A stretch of DNA of 64,000 nucleotides from a virus. Lineage: Duplodnaviria; Caudoviricetes. The notes beneath the pieces were generated by a model. That model made no database searches and was not told where the DNA came from. It saw nothing but the letters and a program-made list of their open reading frames with translations. The position numbers were made by a program, and so were the translations under genes. Every line of letters starts with the position of its first letter. Positions within the stretch are counted from its first letter, which is position 1. The DNA lies in IMG/VR virus record IMGVR_UViG_3300027991_000002, positions 1 to 64,000 of that record. The stretch is one strand, 5' to 3'. Below are positions 9,047 through 19,024 of the stretch, piece after piece.

Positions 9047-9520
9047 GTGAAAACCTGTAAAGATTGTTCCCGCCCCGTTTTCACGCATGGCTACTGTAAA
9101 TCTCATGCGGCAAAATATTACTTGGGGAAGAAGAAAAAAACTCGCGGACAGTTGGTTAAGGAACTTGACCGCGTTTTCAGCATCTTCATTCGTCAGCGCG
9201 GTATGGACGCTCGCGGGTTCAATAGCTGTTATACCTGCGGGACTACCGCCCGATGGCAGGATTTACAATGCGGTCACTTCATTTCCCGCAGACACTACTC
9301 TACCCGTTGGGATGAGAAGAACTGCAAACCGCAGGATGCAAAATGCAACGTGTTCAATCAGGGCAACGCGCCCGTGTTCGCGGCAAAACTCATTGAGGAA
9401 TACGGGGCAAGTATTTTAAATCTTCTCATCGCCAAAAAAAATAACCTGATGAAAATTACCAATACTGAACTTGAAATTTTAATTAACGAATATAATTCAA
9501 AGAACGAGAGTGTAAAATAA
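9047..9520 (+). CDS. NinG/Rap-like recombination endonuclease
   Basis: LDRVFSIFIRQR..CYTCG..QCGHFISRRHYSTRWDEKNC..CN. Confidence 0.75.
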   Translation: MKTCKDCSRPVFTHGYCKSHAAKYYLGKKKKTRGQLVKELDRVFSIFIRQRGMDARGFNSCYTCGTTARWQDLQCGHFISRRHYSTRWDEKNCKPQDAKCNVFNQGNAPVFAAKLIEEYGASILNLLIAKKNNLMKITNTELEILINEYNSKNESVK

Positions 9521-9540
9521 CAAACTAAAATTAATTTTCT

Positions 9541-9741
9541 ATGAACGAAAACCAATTTAAAAATGATGCGAAATCCATCGTGGATTTGTTCTTCAACACG
9601 AAACTTTTCAAAGATGACGTAACTCGCGATGACATGAATGGCACAGAAGAATTTATCGCCTACTGTATGCAAAGCAGATTTGAAAGTTATCTGAAAATTC
9701 AAAAACTTTTAGAGTCAATAGAAAAAAACAAAATCAAATGA
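9541..9741 (+). CDS. Hypothetical protein (66 aa)
   Basis: ORF in operon. Confidence 0.5.
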   Translation: MNENQFKNDAKSIVDLFFNTKLFKDDVTRDDMNGTEEFIAYCMQSRFESYLKIQKLLESIEKNKIK

Positions 9742-10088
9742 CCGAACCCGAAATTATCCTATCTTTACTTTCTCAAAAGAAGATGACACAGGGAGAGATT
9801 TTTCATTCAATGAAAGGCAATGAGCATAAATCATACGATACAGCTTTGCGCCACATCCGCCAAGTCATCCGCGACCTACGCTTTCAAGGGCATAAAATTT
9901 TGTCTGACGATTCAGGATATTGGATTCCTAAACCTGAAAACGAAGAACGCGAAGCCAAAGAATACATCGAGAGGATGGAGAGAACGGCTAAGGCGCAAAG
10001 TCGCGCATGGATGACGACATATAATCAGATGAAAAAAATTCTTAATGTGTCGAGTGAATATTTTGAGGGGACGGCTAAATTATTTTGA
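9738..10088 (+). CDS. Winged-HTH-like hypothetical protein
   Basis: RHIRQVIRDLRFQGHKILSDDSGYW pattern. Confidence 0.5.
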   Translation: MTEPEIILSLLSQKKMTQGEIFHSMKGNEHKSYDTALRHIRQVIRDLRFQGHKILSDDSGYWIPKPENEEREAKEYIERMERTAKAQSRAWMTTYNQMKKILNVSSEYFEGTAKLF

Positions 10089-10742
10089 ATGATGGAACTG
10101 AACCAAGAAACTTTATTCGGGAAGAAGGTAATCTCTACCATTAGTTTTAATGAACAGGAGATTATCAGAGATATTCTGTTTCTTCATGCAGATGGAAAAT
10201 ATATTGATTGCGACCCGACTTATTCGGTAGGGAATTTTTATAAAGACGGATTGCCAAAGCCAAGATTAAAGTTTGACCTTGCGCCTCAAATAGCAGGGGT
10301 AGTTCAAGCCGATGCGCGGAATTTGCCTTTGGAAGATTTGAGTATAAATATTTTAATGTTCGACCCGCCTTTCATTTGCGGCATACCAGCCGAAGCACCT
10401 ACCGGAATTATTCGTGAACGGTTTGGGTTCTACAAAAACGTGCCGGAGTTGTGGCAATTCTACCTTGACGCTATAAGAGAATTTGAAAGAGTAATTGCGC
10501 CAAAAGGATTATTGATTTTCAAATGTCAGGATACTGTTGATGGAGGTAAAAATTATTTTACTCATTGTCAGGTTTTGAATATGGCGGTTGAAACAGGTTT
10601 TTATCCCAAAGACCTTTTCATACTTGCCGCAAAAAACAGAATCGTAGATGTGCCGATGGATTCACAGCAACACGCTCGTAAATTTCATTCTTACTTTTGG
10701 GTGTTTGAAAAAATAAAATCAAAAGTAAATTATGTCAAATAA
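10089..10742 (+). CDS. SAM-dependent DNA methyltransferase (amino-MTase)
   Basis: QADARNLPL..LMFDPPF (motif IV); LIFKCQD. Confidence 0.7.
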   Translation: MMELNQETLFGKKVISTISFNEQEIIRDILFLHADGKYIDCDPTYSVGNFYKDGLPKPRLKFDLAPQIAGVVQADARNLPLEDLSINILMFDPPFICGIPAEAPTGIIRERFGFYKNVPELWQFYLDAIREFERVIAPKGLLIFKCQDTVDGGKNYFTHCQVLNMAVETGFYPKDLFILAAKNRIVDVPMDSQQHARKFHSYFWVFEKIKSKVNYVK

Positions 10743-10941
10743 CTCCTCCCAAGATACCATTTCATAATGAAACTAAAGTGAAAACCAAATCCGAATCCGA
10801 CCTCTTCGCCATCATACAATACTGCAACTACGCAGAAGAAGAAATAGAGATGAGTGAGAGTTTCAGAAAAACCATTTACGAAGTCCGTGCAGAGGCGATT
10901 CGGGAGTTTGACAGGAGGATAAAAAACTTAAAACAAAAAAT

Positions 10942-11262
10942 ATGAAAGACTGGCAAAAAGAAATTCAACCCAAGTTAGAAAAACTTAATGAGTTGACAAC
11001 GGAAATTTTAAATCAACTTCCAAAAGTTGAACCCGAAACCGATGTGATTGATAAAATACGTTCAGCGTGTTTTGACGGCTCTCCTCATTCTATAAATATT
11101 TGTATGAAAAAATACGCCTCTCATATCCTGAGTGAAGCGATTCGCAAAACAGAACTTTATATGAGTGATAAATGTGTTGTATCAACAACCGATGAAGCCA
11201 TAAAAATAGGAATGGATAATGCGTTGCAAATTTTAAAAAACTTTCAAAAAGATTTGCAATAA
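10942..11262 (+). CDS. Hypothetical protein (106 aa)
   Basis: ORF with an AT-rich leader. Confidence 0.5.
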   Translation: MKDWQKEIQPKLEKLNELTTEILNQLPKVEPETDVIDKIRSACFDGSPHSINICMKKYASHILSEAIRKTELYMSDKCVVSTTDEAIKIGMDNALQILKNFQKDLQ

Positions 11263-11270
11263 TTCCTAAA

Positions 11271-11309
11271 AATATTTCTTGCATTTGGAAAAATAATTGT
11301 TTACATTTA
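11271..11309 (+). promoter_or_regulatory. Bacteroidota-type promoter, second copy of the 14-mer
   Basis: AATATTTCTTGCAT 11271-11284 and TACATTTA 11302-11309. Confidence 0.55.
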
Positions 11310-11330
11310 CACTCACAAAACTACACTCAC

Positions 11331-11501
11331 ATGGGATTTTTCTCAAACATAATTTCCGCCACCGTCAAAGTCGCGCTAACCCCTGTGGCGGTAGTGAAAG
11401 ACGTGGTGAACATCGCCACAGGCGAAGAAGCGGATGCTACAAAAGACTTACTCAAATCTGCGGGTGAAGACGCGGAAGAAGCAATGGAGGATATAACATG
11501 A
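11331..11501 (+). CDS. Small hypothetical protein (56 aa; not in the ORF track)
   Basis: MGFFSNIISATVKVALTPVAVVKDVV..; follows the promoter and overlaps the next ATG. Confidence 0.6.
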   Translation: MGFFSNIISATVKVALTPVAVVKDVVNIATGEEADATKDLLKSAGEDAEEAMEDIT

Positions 11502-11689
11502 AAAGACCTGTCCTCTCCCTGAGAAAAAAAATAATTTATCTCTACAACAACCTGATTCTCCGTGCCTGCTACGAACTCGCTCACATGAAAATAATCTCTA
11601 ACAAAACTTTTGCCAAATGGTCGGACTCTCCGCGTGAAATAAAATGCAATCTCCAAACTTTCGGCAACACAACAAGAAAATTTAACTGA
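11498..11689 (+). CDS. Hypothetical protein (63 aa)
   Basis: Coupled ORF. Confidence 0.45.
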   Translation: MKRPVLSLRKKIIYLYNNLILRACYELAHMKIISNKTFAKWSDSPREIKCNLQTFGNTTRKFN

Positions 11690-11703
11690 CCACATAAAAG
11701 AAC

Positions 11704-11925
11704 ATGGAAGAAACCCGAAACGAAATTCAAGATGGACAAGAAGTAAAACCGCAGTTTGAAACCGAACTCGCGGCACTCATCAACAAATTCTCCAAAGAGA
11801 ACGGCAGCAACACACCCGATTGGATTTTGGCGGAATACCTCCAACGATGCCTCGACAACTTTAACTACACTTCTCGCGCTCGTGAAAAATGGTACGGAAA
11901 AAGTTTATCAATAGGCGGAAACTAA
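11704..11925 (+). CDS. Hypothetical phage protein (73 aa)
   Basis: ENGSNTPDWILAEYL motif; function unknown. Confidence 0.55.
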   Translation: MEETRNEIQDGQEVKPQFETELAALINKFSKENGSNTPDWILAEYLQRCLDNFNYTSRAREKWYGKSLSIGGN

Positions 11926-11944
11926 TTCCTGACAAATCCCCAAG

Positions 11945-12169
11945 ATGAAAGACCCAATGACCGAAAAGGAAATCTACGATACCAACATAGCCGTCCTCGA
12001 ACGCATCATCCTCACTTTCGCCAAGCAAATGAGAGACGATGGCGCGGCAATCTTCAACGATGAAACACTAAAACTCTACGTCAAACAATTTGTCGGCAAC
12101 TTAGATAACACAGAAATAAATTACCCCCCTAACCACAATCACCAACACAGTAAGTGTCTTTTAAAATAG
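11945..12169 (+). CDS. Hypothetical protein (74 aa)
   Basis: ORF only. Confidence 0.45.
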   Translation: MKDPMTEKEIYDTNIAVLERIILTFAKQMRDDGAAIFNDETLKLYVKQFVGNLDNTEINYPPNHNHQHSKCLLK

Positions 12170-12689
12170 GTAAGTAAGTTGATGATAAAAGTAAGGGCTT
12201 ACACCCCATTTTTCGGGGCATACCTTTTCACTCAGGGAAATTCACTTTTAAACAACCCATCCCCCTTACTGAAATCTGACTTTTGAATTCTGAAAACAGA
12301 AATTAAATATCTGTTGCAGGATGACAACAGGACTGCATTACGTTGCGAATATCAAGCGCAAGAGATAAGAGAATGATAATGTGTGTTTGAACGGGTGAAA
12401 CGTTATTACGCAATGTTATTCTATTGGCTTGCCGATGTGAACATGACAACATAAAAAAGTGTTTACCCGTATTTCTGAGCATATTTGCCACTATTTGCCT
12501 ATGTTCAACACGGAAATAATAATAAATTCGATGGCTAAAAGTGATTTGAAAAAGACCGCGAAAACAGTTTTTAGTTTGTGGTTAGGGTGAAAAGGGGTTG
12601 ACCTCTTGTTAAATAAATTTGTTTTTAGTGTTAATTAGTTTTTACTTGTCAATATACAGGAGAATAAAAATAGTTTGTAATTTTGTCGT

Positions 12690-12875
12690 ATGACACGGGG
12701 GGCGATAGTACGTGAAAGATTGATAAATAATAGGCGTTTTGTGCCTTTGAGTGATTATGCGCGGCTTTGTCGTATCAGTAGGCAGGGGGCGCGACACCGG
12801 CTTTTAAACAGTTTGCCAAAGGATAAAGTTTATCAGGATGATTTTTCGGCTTTGTGGTGGGTTTGTGTTGAGTAG
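12690..12875 (+). CDS. Small HTH-like protein
   Basis: VPLSDYARLCRISRQGARHRL. Confidence 0.5.
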   Translation: MTRGAIVRERLINNRRFVPLSDYARLCRISRQGARHRLLNSLPKDKVYQDDFSALWWVCVE

Positions 12876-12882
12876 TTCCTGA

Positions 12883-13126
12883 CTATTGGCGGGCGTCTAA
12901 TAAAGTTTTTAGCTCTGTCAATCTGTTAAGGTAGGGCGCGAAAGTTATCTGGGTTGCGTTCGCAGTAGCTTAGATGGCTGTTGATGAATTGGCGGACGTT
13001 GGTAATTTTTGTTTCCTTGTTTAGCTGTATTTGTTCGGGCAGGTTTGCCGCCTCGAAGTATGCGCGAAGGTCGTTAAGGGCTGCCGCGTTTTTTGGTTGT
13101 GGTTCAGGTGAACTTTCGTTACTCAT
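12883..13126 (-). pseudogene. DUF6965-like small protein with an apparent 1-nt frameshift
   Basis: LPEQIQLNKETKITNVRQFINSHL..; the expected PYLNRLTELK tail lies in a shifted frame near 12935. Confidence 0.45.
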
Positions 13127-13338
13127 CTGCTTATTATTTCAGTGTGTGAAAGTAAACAAAAGTTAGTCAATATGCAAGACATTTTTAATATTTATTTTTT
13201 ATTTTCTCCTCTGTAAATGATAGTTTGGTATGATGTTTGTTTTAATCTTTTAACATTAAAATTTAAACTTTGAAAGATACAATAATATATTAGAATCGTC
13301 TATTGTTTTGCGTCCACAAATGAACGTAATTTGCACCC

Positions 13339-13488
13339 ATGAAACAAACAACTAAAAACGACCTGATGACAATAGCAGAATACGCAGCTACTAAAGGAGT
13401 AAGCGTACAAACTATATATAATTGGATTGAGAAGAAAGATTTGAAAACGCGCAAGGTTGGAAAAATCACCTTAGTAATAGTGAACTAA
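13339..13488 (+). CDS. Excisionase-like HTH protein (49 aa; not in the ORF track)
   Basis: LMTIAEYAATKGVSVQTIYNWI. Confidence 0.65.
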   Translation: MKQTTKNDLMTIAEYAATKGVSVQTIYNWIEKKDLKTRKVGKITLVIVN

Positions 13489-13535
13489 TTTTTTTGTCTT
13501 ATATATTGAAACTTTTAAACTTACAAACAGTAAAC

Positions 13536-13691
13536 ATGAAAAAGAAATATTCAACAGCCATTATGTTAGCTTGCTTAGGACTAACAAAAAATACATTCAG
13601 GAGCCATGCCGATTTAGTACAGGCATTTAAGAAACAGCAAGCGAAGATACAAAAGGCGCAAGCATCTATAAATAAAATCTTTAATAACTGA
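13536..13691 (+). CDS. Hypothetical protein
   Basis: MKKKYSTAIM..; AT-rich leader. Confidence 0.4.
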   Translation: MKKKYSTAIMLACLGLTKNTFRSHADLVQAFKKQQAKIQKAQASINKIFNN

Positions 13692-13742
13692 CAAGCCGAA
13701 CACAGTCAACCAAAGTAGGCAACAAATTTAAACTACTACAAA

Positions 13743-14021
13743 ATGAAAACTATTACAACAAATCTTTACTCATTCGATGAACTGAGCGAAGAAGCAAAAA
13801 ACAAGGCAATCATTGAACAGATTAACTTTGAGATTGAAGTAGCGGACGAAAATAGCCCGTTTATTCCAGTCTTTGAAGAAATGGAACGGATGCACACCCC
13901 GTGGTTCACTGCTGCAACAATTTTTCACACACCGGAATATAAAAACATCATCATTGAAAATCTAAGAGTGAATGAATATACATTCCTCTCTGATGGTACA
14001 ATGCAAAACTCCCGGTCGTAG
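13743..14021 (+). CDS. Hypothetical early protein (92 aa)
   Basis: MKTITTNLYSFDELSEEAK..NEYTFLSDG. Confidence 0.6.
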   Translation: MKTITTNLYSFDELSEEAKNKAIIEQINFEIEVADENSPFIPVFEEMERMHTPWFTAATIFHTPEYKNIIIENLRVNEYTFLSDGTMQNSRS

Positions 14022-14157
14022 TAGTACGGGCGGCATCCCTTGTCGCGTCTTACTTAACTGATAAGACAGGCGTAACGGGCAACCGGAGCAAGGGAGCAAA
14101 AAATACCTGCCAGCTTCAACAGGAACAAATGAAGCGTAACTATTAACACACAACACA

Positions 14158-14754
14158 ATGAACAACACACAAACAGCAGTAAAAGAAATTGAATTTACCC
14201 GCATCAACAATGATGTAAACGAAAATCCGCGCTTTGTCTGCCATTTCCTGAACTTTATTAACGAGCAAGACCGTAAGACCTTTTTCGGGTTTGAACTCGG
14301 TTACGACCTTGCTATTGCGAAATCCCGCGAACTGGGAGGGCGGAAATTCCATAACAGGCAGTACGGAGGCGGAATAGTATTCCAAATGTATGACGGTGAA
14401 ATTCCCGCAATGACGGAACGCGTCCGCGAAATTCAGAGCCGTACTATTAAATTCAAAACAGAATGGACGGACAAAGATTTTCGCAAAATGGAACGGGCAA
14501 TAGCTAAACACTTTAGCGGGCAAACCACCACAACGCGGGACGGGGTTTTCTATCTTGGCTCATTCAAAGAAATAGATAGCAACTTCGGGCTGGCTTACAC
14601 TTCTTCGGGCGTTCATGCTTGCTACGGAATATGCAACACCGAAGTAAAATATAATGAGAAATACAACTATCAATTTTTCATCATGTCAGAGGACGGCAAA
14701 CCGTATGCAGAACTTTGGGACACAAACGAAAACGAAAAATACATTCAACTATAA
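14158..14754 (+). CDS. Hypothetical early protein (198 aa)
   Basis: NNDVNENPRFV..GGRKFHNRQYGGGIVFQ. Confidence 0.6.
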   Translation: MNNTQTAVKEIEFTRINNDVNENPRFVCHFLNFINEQDRKTFFGFELGYDLAIAKSRELGGRKFHNRQYGGGIVFQMYDGEIPAMTERVREIQSRTIKFKTEWTDKDFRKMERAIAKHFSGQTTTTRDGVFYLGSFKEIDSNFGLAYTSSGVHACYGICNTEVKYNEKYNYQFFIMSEDGKPYAELWDTNENEKYIQL

Positions 14755-14855
14755 AAATGTGTGTTGCCTGTCAAACAACCCCGTAAGGTTTAAGATAGGA
14801 AGCAAAGAACGAACAAAAACAAAGTATAAATTTAACTATCAAAAATGAACAGACA

Positions 14856-15215
14856 ATGAAAAAAGAAACTCAAAATAATCAGCCGTTACCCTCGTACATT
14901 CTTAACCTTTTCGCCAAGTGCGAAGCACTGAAAGCGGAAGAAAGATTAACTACAACTTTTGGCGCGAATCATAGCTACGATATTTTTCGCTACGAAGGAA
15001 AATTTTTAATCCAACAAACGGGCAACTATTGGAAACGTGATGCAATTTATGAAAGTTTCAAATTTGCAACCGCAAAAGAACTTAATCAAAAACTGCGTAC
15101 TATTCCGTATTACGATTGGTACGCTAAAAATCATTTCACAGGTAAAACGCAACACATGGATAATATTTCTAACTTCTGTAATGCGTTCAAACTTGAAACT
15201 GTTGAAACTATCTAA
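14856..15215 (+). CDS. Hypothetical protein (119 aa)
   Basis: ORF in the early cluster. Confidence 0.55.
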   Translation: MKKETQNNQPLPSYILNLFAKCEALKAEERLTTTFGANHSYDIFRYEGKFLIQQTGNYWKRDAIYESFKFATAKELNQKLRTIPYYDWYAKNHFTGKTQHMDNISNFCNAFKLETVETI

Positions 15216-15265
15216 CCCTCATCAGCGAACACAAAAAACAAACTGATTTAAAACTGAAAAAAACA

Positions 15266-15493
15266 ATGACAACCCGAAAGATGATTTTTAAGAATCAAGC
15301 AGAACTCGACAACTTCTTGGAAAACCACATTGCGCGAGCCGGAACTATTGAGCCGTTCTTTGATGGCAAGCTGGTAGTGAATATGATTTGCGTAGGATGT
15401 GAGCATAAGCATCACCCCGTTAATTCTGCCGTTCATTTTGACAGCGTTAATATAGATGATGAGTATAATGACTTCATAATGCCTCTGCAATGA
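15266..15493 (+). CDS. Hypothetical protein (75 aa)
   Basis: ORF in the early cluster. Confidence 0.5.
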   Translation: MTTRKMIFKNQAELDNFLENHIARAGTIEPFFDGKLVVNMICVGCEHKHHPVNSAVHFDSVNIDDEYNDFIMPLQ

Positions 15494-15701
15494 GATACAG
15501 GCAACAGTATGAAGGCGAATGGGTTTACCCTCGAAGAAAAAGATATTTTATGCGCTGTTGCGATTGTGGCTTGGTTCATATTATTAATTTCAAACTTGTA
15601 AAACGCGGCAATGGAAAAGCAATTTTATTTCAGGCGTTCCGGCAACCAAAAAAGAAAAAATAAATTTCAATCTATCTAACTAATCCCTAAACACACCACA
15701 C

Positions 15702-15941
15702 ATGGAACACACAACATTTATTGAAACTAACAGCCACCGCGCTCACCAGCAGTTTTTAAATACCAACGTGCCGTTTGACCGCCACACGGATATAAAAACT
15801 AAGCACCCGAAAAATAAAAATTGGTTTATATGTACGCGGGTGATTTATGAAATTCCGCGCGAAGCCCTTTACAGAGTGAAGCCGATAAAAGGGATAACAA
15901 TATTTAAAAATAATCCTATCAAAGAACATAACAGACCGTAA
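15702..15941 (+). CDS. Hypothetical protein (79 aa)
   Basis: ORF in the early cluster. Confidence 0.45.
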   Translation: MEHTTFIETNSHRAHQQFLNTNVPFDRHTDIKTKHPKNKNWFICTRVIYEIPREALYRVKPIKGITIFKNNPIKEHNRP

Positions 15942-16173
15942 TCTGTAACCCGAAAATGTTTTTATGTGCCGTAACACATTAACATTTTTACCTCGATAAA
16001 CTTACAAATAAATTCTGAAAATAAGATGAAACAAACGCACCAATTAACTCCAAGTGATTTACGCCCCGTCCTTCCATCCATAGCGAGGCAAAACAAACTC
16101 AGACTCAATAGACCAGTTGAGTATTTGAAAGCAGTACGGATATTTATTAAAAGCATTAAACAAAACTAAAACT

Positions 16174-16650
16174 ATGAAAATCAAAATCGAAGATTACAAA
16201 GGGCAAGAAATTTTTTACGAGGAAGATTACGACAAATTTACTTGCGACATTTCTATTGAGGATAAATATAAAAACGCAAAACGCGGTTCGCTTATTGATA
16301 TGAGAAAAGAAATAGATGCTTTCATAAAACTAAATGTAAACTTTGTCCCGTTTAAAGCGATACGCAATCGATGGAGCGATTTTGAAATAGTAGAATTTGA
16401 ATCTATCCGTACTGATGGAAAGTTTTTAGCGCGGAGAGAAAAAGCGTCAAACCGCGACCAAATTGGCAAAGATGAACAGAAAGAATATTTTGAATATAAC
16501 CCTAAGTTAGTTGATGAATATAGGGAAGCGGAACGAATAAAAGATGAGGCGTATAAGGTTTATGAGAAAACAAAAAAAGATATTATTTCAAGATTGAAAC
16601 CGCAAAGTTTTGCCAAGTATGACAGCATTATTAATAAGAACAAACAATGA
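16174..16650 (+). CDS. Hypothetical protein (158 aa)
   Basis: ORF with an AT-rich leader. Confidence 0.6.
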   Translation: MKIKIEDYKGQEIFYEEDYDKFTCDISIEDKYKNAKRGSLIDMRKEIDAFIKLNVNFVPFKAIRNRWSDFEIVEFESIRTDGKFLARREKASNRDQIGKDEQKEYFEYNPKLVDEYREAERIKDEAYKVYEKTKKDIISRLKPQSFAKYDSIINKNKQ

Positions 16651-17027
16651 AAACAAAAATCCTAATCCTGTTATTTGCTTTTGCAAGTTGCAAGAAAGAT
16701 TTGCCCGAACCAATGGAAACAGAACCTGAAAACCTGATGTCGGTACAAGCGACACCAGCTACGTTCCACCTCGACTTCCAAACCGCAGGAGTAAACATAA
16801 CAAACTTACCCGCCACAAGCGTTCAGACGTTAGATAACAACGGAGATGTAGGTAAAATGATAACATTCACTCAGGACAATTTCATCGTCTGTTTTTGCCG
16901 TCTTTATTCAGGGGAGGTAATTCAGATAACAGGGAGTATAAATTCGCATCCGTTTGTGGTTATTAACGGAGCTATGAATATTTGTCACGGCAATCAACAA
17001 CAATCATTTACATATAAACTTTACTAA
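16647..17027 (+). CDS. Putative lipoprotein (126 aa)
   Basis: Lipobox-like MKTKILILLFAFASC. Confidence 0.6.
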   Translation: MKTKILILLFAFASCKKDLPEPMETEPENLMSVQATPATFHLDFQTAGVNITNLPATSVQTLDNNGDVGKMITFTQDNFIVCFCRLYSGEVIQITGSINSHPFVVINGAMNICHGNQQQSFTYKLY

Positions 17028-17028
17028 C

Positions 17029-17352
17029 ATGAAAAAAAGAAACAAATTTACCATTGACTACTTCATAAAGAAGTTTCAAAAAATCCCATCGTCCGAAATA
17101 GGAAAAGGAAAATTGGCTGACCATTGCGCCATGTGGCACGTAGGAATAAAAGAACTTCGCAGTGATTATGTTGCTAAAACCGTAGAAGCAAAAGCATTTG
17201 TAAAAATTTTCGGAAACTTTGAAAACATATATAATACAAATGACCGCGAAAGAAATTTCAACGGAATACACCTAACAGGAAGAACCCCGAAAGAGCGCAT
17301 TTTACGCGCACTAAAAATGATAAAAAGTAAAAAAATAATTGTTAAATATTAA
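17029..17352 (+). CDS. Hypothetical protein (107 aa)
   Basis: Coupled ORF. Confidence 0.55.
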   Translation: MKKRNKFTIDYFIKKFQKIPSSEIGKGKLADHCAMWHVGIKELRSDYVAKTVEAKAFVKIFGNFENIYNTNDRERNFNGIHLTGRTPKERILRALKMIKSKKIIVKY

Positions 17353-17492
17353 CAGCCATGAAAACTTATATTTTGTACAGCGACCACCATTCACCACACC
17401 ATTTACTCCCGCTTCTCCCTTGCTTATTTGAAAGCGAAATTTGAACGTGCAGGAATAAGAGTTATGGAAATTGCCAATACCTACCTGTACAG

Positions 17493-17717
17493 ATGAACGA
17501 AATTTACATTGTTCCGCAAAATGGACGCTGGTACTTATTTAAAAGCGATAAATCAATCGCAGGTTCAAAGACAGGATACAAGAGTAAGCAAGCAGCAGAA
17601 CGCGCAAAATGGTACTTAGAACAAGGCAGGGACACTATCAAGGCAACCTACGCTCAGAAAAGACAGATGAGCCAAGAGATGAGACACTTAAACCAAATCA
17701 GATATGAACAAAGATGA
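17493..17717 (+). CDS. Hypothetical protein (74 aa)
   Basis: ORF overlapping the next gene. Confidence 0.5.
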   Translation: MNEIYIVPQNGRWYLFKSDKSIAGSKTGYKSKQAAERAKWYLEQGRDTIKATYAQKRQMSQEMRHLNQIRYEQR

Positions 17718-18081
17718 ATTAATGAAACCGCGTTACAAGGTTATTGCGCTATATCCTGATTCGCCTAATAAAATTGGCGACATTATCCACGTTTACGGAC
17801 AGGGCTATATTTATCCTGATAAAGTAGAAGCAAATTTTGACCGCTATCCACATCTGTTTAAAAAACTCCAATGGTGGGAAGAGAGAGAAATTTCAGAGTT
17901 GCCTGAATATCTAAAGTGGAAAAACAATCCCGAAGTTTTTAAACCATACACTATTGAGATTTTAGGTTTCGGGCGATTTTATTTGTCCCGTGAAGATTAT
18001 ATTGCAAACAACGATTACGATTTGAGCCACACCCTCCCCTCCTCTGTTGAGGAGTTTAACAATTTAAAACATAAAAAATGA
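17704..18081 (+). CDS. Hypothetical protein (125 aa)
   Basis: PRYKVIALYP..YPHLFKKLQWWEER. Confidence 0.6.
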   Translation: MNKDELMKPRYKVIALYPDSPNKIGDIIHVYGQGYIYPDKVEANFDRYPHLFKKLQWWEEREISELPEYLKWKNNPEVFKPYTIEILGFGRFYLSREDYIANNDYDLSHTLPSSVEEFNNLKHKK

Positions 18082-18413
18082 AACACACTAAAAGCGAATG
18101 GAAAACCGAAAACAACGGAGATGGCTTTACGCTGTTCACGGGCGACACTGACGGTTATCACACAATGATTGGCGAAATTTATTTGGACGATGGCAGTAAC
18201 GGGATGCCTGATGTTCGCACAATCCCACCAGAGAAAGAAGCCGAAGCGAACGCGAAACTGATTTCCGCTGCCCCCGACCTGTTGCGCCTTGCGCTTGATT
18301 TTCAAACCGCATTCAATGAGCGCGTTCAAATGAAGCCCGAACCGGAACACCTTAAATGGTTTGTTGAAGTTACAAGGCGAATGACTGATATAATTGCAAA
18401 AGCTACCGAGTAA
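18078..18413 (+). CDS. Hypothetical protein (111 aa)
   Basis: MKHT..W..EANAKLISAAPDLL, a common phage motif. Confidence 0.6.
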   Translation: MKHTKSEWKTENNGDGFTLFTGDTDGYHTMIGEIYLDDGSNGMPDVRTIPPEKEAEANAKLISAAPDLLRLALDFQTAFNERVQMKPEPEHLKWFVEVTRRMTDIIAKATE

Positions 18414-18464
18414 ATCAAAGAACGATTTTACGAGTACAAAATAAAAAATCTAAATGAAACACAC

Positions 18465-18728
18465 ATGAAAGAAAATAACTGGATTCCTGTATCGGAGAGA
18501 TTGCCCGAATTTGAAACCGAAGTTTTACTTTTTGGGCGTACCCAACATTTAGAACCTGACGAGGACGGTCAGCGCATCCCTGACACAACTTGGATAGCGG
18601 TTGGCGAATTATCAGAAGTAAAAACATCTAAGTTGGGCAACAACTATTTATTTGAAGTAGATTTCACGGATGAGAAATGTGAAAACGTTACTCACTGGAT
18701 GGAACTCCCCGCGCCTCCCGCCAAATAA
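18465..18728 (+). CDS. DUF551-family protein
   Basis: NWIPVSERLPE..VTHWMELPAPP. Confidence 0.7.
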   Translation: MKENNWIPVSERLPEFETEVLLFGRTQHLEPDEDGQRIPDTTWIAVGELSEVKTSKLGNNYLFEVDFTDEKCENVTHWMELPAPPAK

Positions 18729-18784
18729 TTTCAATGAACTTACAGAGAGCAATTTACAAAACTCAAATTAAATTTTCGTGAACA

Positions 18785-19024
18785 ATGGGTAGACAACTCA
18801 CAAAAGAAAAGCAGGACGAAATCGCCTCCTTATATGAAAGAATAATGACAGGGGAAAAGCTGACAAGCAAACAGGTAAACGGCATAGCCGACAAACTCAA
18901 CATCTTAAAAGGACGCGGATATAAATTCTCCTCTGAAAGAAATTCGCACACGGTACTCAAGACGTATTTTTGTACGGAGGTGGATGTGGAGATGAATAAA
19001 CAAATAAGTAAAAATCGCAAATAA
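18785..19024 (+). CDS. Hypothetical protein (79 aa)
   Basis: ORF only. Confidence 0.5.
   Translation: MGRQLTKEKQDEIASLYERIMTGEKLTSKQVNGIADKLNILKGRGYKFSSERNSHTVLKTYFCTEVDVEMNKQISKNRK

Noticed and set aside
14056-14070. Hammerhead ribozyme core (CTGATAAG)
   Set aside because: Does not match CUGANGA, and no GAAA core partner is suitably placed.
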